64,000 nucleotides of DNA from a virus, in the IMG/VR virus record IMGVR_UViG_3300030107_001040, positions 37,656 through 101,655 of that record; one strand, given 5' to 3'. The notes beneath the pieces are model-generated. The model saw only the letters and a program-made list of their open reading frames with translations. It was not told the DNA's origin and did not search any database. Of this stretch, positions 49,101 through 55,100 are shown one piece after another. The position numbers and the translations under genes were made by a program. The number at the start of each line of letters is the position of its first letter. Position 1 is the stretch's first letter.

Positions 49101-52100
49101 AACTGCTCATACATGGACTGCAGCAGGAGTTAATGGAATCAGTTCTGGTGGTAACTACACTCATAAGTATGTTGATTCTGCTACTGGTGCAATTATTCCT
49201 AATCATGGATTCTATGTTGGTGATAGAGTAATGGTTGAGAAGGGTGCATTGGTATTCACATGTGCTCAAGATAGTCATGGTACTAGACATGCTTACCCAA
49301 GAATTACAGATCCATATTTCAATAAGTGGATCAAGATTATTAATGTAACAACCAATACATTTGGTATTAATGTTGGAGTTTCTTCTAACACAACTGCTCA
49401 TACATTCAAGTTCTGCACTCCTAATGGAATTGTAAGATCTGGTGAGACGATAAGGATGGCTAAAGATGCTATATCCTTCACATGTTCTCAGGATGGTTAT
49501 GCAACTGTTCACTCTTATCCTAGAGGTGATGATCCTGTTGCTAGTACTTCTATTCCAATCTACAACGATGGATCTGAGCATACAGCAACAACTGCTTCTT
49601 ATAATTCTTCTACAGGTGCAATGGTTATCACTGTTCCTGCACATGGATTTGCAGTTGATGATCAAATCAGAATTGAGAATAATTCTCTAACATTTGCTTG
49701 TAAGAAAGATAGTAATCAAACTCTTCATAGTTATCCTAGAGAGACTGATCCATATGTTCGTAGATGGCTCAGAATCAGTGCTGTAACTACAAATACATTT
49801 ACTGTTAATGTTGGTGCTGCTAATTCTACAGACGACAGATATGACCATACATTTGTATCTGCAACTCCGAAGGGAATAGTTAAGCGTGATAATACTATTA
49901 CAGTTAATGTTGGTCCAACACCTAATAAGAATTTCGTTCCAACAACAGGTGCTTATACTCCTGCATCTGGTGCATTAGAACTTACCATTGGTTCACATAG
50001 TTTACCTGCTCCTACAACTCACACAGTAACTGGTGCAGCATATGTGCCATCTACAGGTGTAATGACATTAACGCTTGCTGGTCATGGATTCTCTAATGGT
50101 GAACAAGTTAAGTTTGCTCAAGATGCATTAACATTTACTTGCACACATGGAGCAGGTAACCATACATATCCACGTGCTACTGACCCAATGCACAATAAGT
50201 GGATGCCAATTTCAAATGTAACAACTAATACATTTGATGTTCAGGTATTGGATGTTATTCCATCTAGTAACATAACAGTTCATACATTCGTTTCTGCTAC
50301 AACAAACGGTATGAGCAAGGCGAATTCAACAATTAGACTTGCTTCTGACTCATTACAAATGAGTTGCACATTTGGTGGTGGCGGTGCAGTTACTAAGACT
50401 TATCCAAGACATCAAGCTGCAACACATACAGCAGCCGCTGGAACTACTTACAACCCTAATACAGGTATTTTGAGTATTACTACAAGTTCTGCTCATGGAA
50501 TGGTTCCTGGTACACCAATTCAACTTCTTGACGATTCATTGACATTCAGTTGTGGATTTGGTGGCGGTGGTCAAGTTAATAAGACATATCCACGTTCAAC
50601 TGACCCAGTAAGTAATAGATGGTTATTCATTCAGAACGTAACTGCAACTACATTTGATGTTAAAGTTCTTGATAGTATTCCTTCTACTAACGTAGATGCT
50701 CATACATTTGTATCTGCTACATCTGCTGGTATTATTGAAGGCGATCCTATGATGGGACGTGCAATTCCTATTGAGGCTGTCACAGGTACTACAATCACTG
50801 TTAATGCTTTAAATGGTAAGGATGTAACCAATACTGATGCTCATACATGGGTTGGATTATCAACTTATCAGCATCAACCAACTGCAGCAACATATACACC
50901 AACTACAGGTGTATTAAGTCTTACTAAAGCAGCACATGGTTGGAGAGATGGTGATAAGGTTCAGATTGCTGATAACTCATTATCATTTAGATGTGCAATG
51001 GGTGATGATTCCTCATTACACACTTATCCACGTGCAACAGACCCTGTAAGTGGTAGATGGTTAACAATTTCTAATGTAACAACTAATACATATGATGTTA
51101 ATGTTGGAACTACACCAACATTGAATTTCACACCAACTGACGTTGATTATAATCCAGTAACAGGTAAGATGAAACTTACCATTGGTCATCATAATCTTGC
51201 TGTTGGTAATAGCGTTAAATTTGCAACAGAATCTTTAATATTCAAGTGTGCTCATGATTCTTATGCAACAAATCATTCATATCCAAGATCTACTATTTTA
51301 ACCCACACCGTAACTGACGGTGCTTATAATACTGGCACAGGTGTTATGACACTTACTGTTGCTGGTCATGGAATGGGTAATGGTGATTGGATTAAGATGG
51401 CAGATAATTCAATTACATTCAGTTGTGCTTTTGGTGGTGCTTCAGGTACTGCTGCTCAAAAATCTTATCCAAGATCTACTGACCCAATTAGCGGTAAGTG
51501 GGTTAAGATTTCTGGTGTAACTACAAACACATTCAATATCCAAGTTTTAGATACAGCACCTTCTACTAACACTGATGCTCACACATTTGTATCTGCAACT
51601 ACTGGTGGAGTTACACAGAAGAAGGATCGTTCTTACGATGCTCCTATTGAAATCCTTGAAGCTGATGAGTCATCTATTACAGTTCAGGTTCTTTCTACAA
51701 TTCCTTCATCTAATACTACAAATCACATCTTCGTTTCTTCTAGTGCAAATGCAGTAATTACTGGTGGTAACTATACACACGAATTTGTTAAAGCAACTTC
51801 TACTGCTGTTACAAGATCTATATGCAATAGTGGTGGTAATTATAATCACGTATTCTCATCTGGTGTTACTAATTCAATAAGCACTGGTGGTAACTACACT
51901 CATACATTTGTATCTGCAGGAACTAATGGTATTACAATTGCTGGTGATTCAGTTTATATTGATAAGGAAGCATTAACCTTTACTTGCACTAAGGATAATA
52001 ACGAGAAACAAGCTAAGTATCCTCGCACAACTGATCCTAAGTTCAAGCAAATTCTACCAATTATTAAGAAAGATACTAATACCTTTACTATTAATGTTGG

Positions 52101-55100
52101 TGCTGCTGCAGCAAAAGATCAGTATGCACATACGTTTATATCTGCAACAACAGGTGGTGTTAAGAAGTCTAATTACAGTAATACTGATTGTGCAGATGTT
52201 GTATCAACGTCAGCTAACCTAATTGATATTTTAACTGATACTTTAGAGAATGGCGCATTAGCAACTCCTGTTGATCATTTGGGAACAGTTACTAAGGTAA
52301 CACCTCCAACTAAGTTCCTTGGTGGACTTATTGACTCTTATATGGAGACTCCATTTGATCTTTCTTATCATAATGCATCTACAGATTTAGTTTACTCTAA
52401 TCAGATTGATCTTGATACACACTATCGTTATCGTGATGCTGCTAATCTAATTCGCAGAAATAGAGGTGCTATTGTAGATAAGGCAGCATATGATATGCTA
52501 CAACGTTATCCTGATCTTGCTCAGGATATGCCTAGAAATGCTGGTGGAACATCTACAGATGGTACTACTCGTTGTAAGCAAGACCTTGGATTAGTTGTAG
52601 ATGGTATAGCAAATGATTTAGAACATGGTGGTAACTTAGATACTATTACTGCTGCTAATTTCTACATTGGAACTGGTGGTGAACTACAACATATTCGTTT
52701 ACAAATTGCTCAGTCAGTTTATGTTCATGAGCGTTTAGCACTTTATCTAAAACAAGCAATAACTGGTGATCTAACAGATGATAATACAGATAATATCGTA
52801 GTTGGTGATTGGGGTATTACCAATGATGCTACTGGAACACAGTTTAGTGTAACTGGTGCAACATATGATCCAACTGGCGGTGATTTAGTATTAACTATTG
52901 GTTCACATACACTTCCTATTGGAAGAATGATAACAATTGCTGAGAATGGACTTACATTCTCATGTAACACTGGTAGTGGAGTTGTTAATAAGACATATCC
53001 AAGATCCTCTGGTGCAAGTACAACCAGTGGTGCAGACTATGCATACAACGCTAATCTTGCAATCACTGCAGTTACTGCAACTACAATTACTGTTAATGTT
53101 AACGGTGGACAAGGTGCTATTAGTAACCTTGCTGCTCATACATACGTTTCTTCTACTGCTAACTGCGTTTCAGTTCCTGGAAATTGTGCAAATGTTCAAA
53201 GTGCAATTGATACTTTAATTACAACAGTTAATGATATTATTGCTCCTACTGGTTCTGATTATGCAATCGGTGCTGATAGACTTCACTTTAACAGAAAGTA
53301 TATTGCTGAAGAAATCACTGGTCTTACATCAACATACTTCACTTATACATTAAATAACGTTTCTTACGTTGCTCTAACATATCCTAACGAAGTAACATGT
53401 CAGAGAGATATTAGATATGTTATTGAAGGAATTATTTCTGACTTACAAACAGGTGGTAATAATAGCACAATTGCTGCTATTGAGAAGTATATAACTGCTA
53501 CTTTACAACTTGATCATATTGAAGATCAGTTGTTAGGAACGATCTATGCTATGGAGCAAATCAAGCAGATGGGTGAGAAGGCACTTAACAATCTTCTTTA
53601 TGATAATGGTGCTACTGTAACAGGTCAACAATATGCTGCTATTCATACAGATGAAACTGCATACAGAGATGTATTAACTCCAACAAATATTAATGATGTA
53701 ATTTACGATTTCCGTGATCTTGTTGATGTTGTAGTTGAAATGCTTGCTCCTGCTGGTGTTGCTGGTAGAAGTGCTGGTAAGAACATTCTCTTTAACCAAA
53801 ACTACTATAAGCAAGAATTAAATTCACTTGTTAATGCTCAGTTTGGTGCTGGTGCTTGGACTACAGCATACAATACATTTGTTGATGAAATGGTTAATAA
53901 TGTCTGCCATGACATTGTTACTACCGATCTTTCTAAGACACAAGTTGGTTATACAATTAACGTTGAAGGTTCACTCGGAGAATTTGTTGTTGGTGAAACT
54001 GTAATCTCTAGTAATGGTGGTAAGGCAACTGTTCTTGAATGGGATGGTGAGCAAGAAATTCTATATGTTGATGATTTTGATGTTCATCATTGGGTTCCAA
54101 CAAATACTCTAACTGGTGTAGATTCTGATGCATGGGCTACTATCTCTGCTAATGGTGTAAGTTCTCCATATGATTGGTATACAACACCTACTAACGTTAA
54201 AGCAATTGCTAGTGCTAGATTAATAACCTCTAATGTTCAGGGTCAGATTGCTGGTACTAACATCTTCCCAAGTCCTGAAAACTTCAATGCTGCTGGTTGG
54301 ACAGATACAGGAATTACTAAGGTTCTTGATAATCTTACTTCTCCTGATACTACTTTAACTGCAGATAAGTTAGTTTGTAGTGCTGTTGCTGGAGAGCATT
54401 TTACTTATAAGAACTTTACTATTAGTGCTTATGATACATTTGATGATGGAACTATTAAGTGGGATACTACAGGTCAGAAATTTGACGAAGGTGCTACTGG
54501 AACACAAGAATCTCAGCAATATACATTCTCTGTATTCTTGAAGAAAGGAGAATTTAGTAGAGTTCGTCTTCAGTTTGGTCTTGATACTGGTGGAGCAGCT
54601 GAGCAATTAGCATTCTTTGATCTTAATACTACTGATGGAACTGTCGGATCTATCTTCACTCCTGGAAATGGAGTTACTGTTGATGCCTTTGGTGCAATTC
54701 CTTATGGTGATGGATGGTATAGAGGATACATTACTTGCACATTCTCCTTCGGTTTTGCTCAGATCCGCACACAAATCTTTGTAAGAAATGCTACTGGACA
54801 GGCAAGTTTCACTGGAGATGGAAGTTCTGGTGTATATGGATGGGGTCTAAAACTCTTTAAGGGTGTTCTTGATCCTTATCAATCTGCTTCTGGTAAGTTA
54901 TTCTATGCTGATACAGAATACAACATTAAGAATTACACATTAGATCAGTTACAGACATATATGTCTAGAGCTCTTAATGGGTCTAATCAGTCACCTTCTC
55001 CTAGTGCAACATTCTATGAGTACTATGATGCTACTGCTGCTGGAGATTATGAGTATGTTTCAATTGAAAGATTGGTCAGAAATAACTTGAATATTATCCG

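Noticed and set aside
47452-52170. Inteins, introns or assembly collapse as the cause of the nested repeats
   Set aside because: No intein terminal or homing-endonuclease motifs; the frame is uninterrupted; the copies are strongly diverged at the DNA level.
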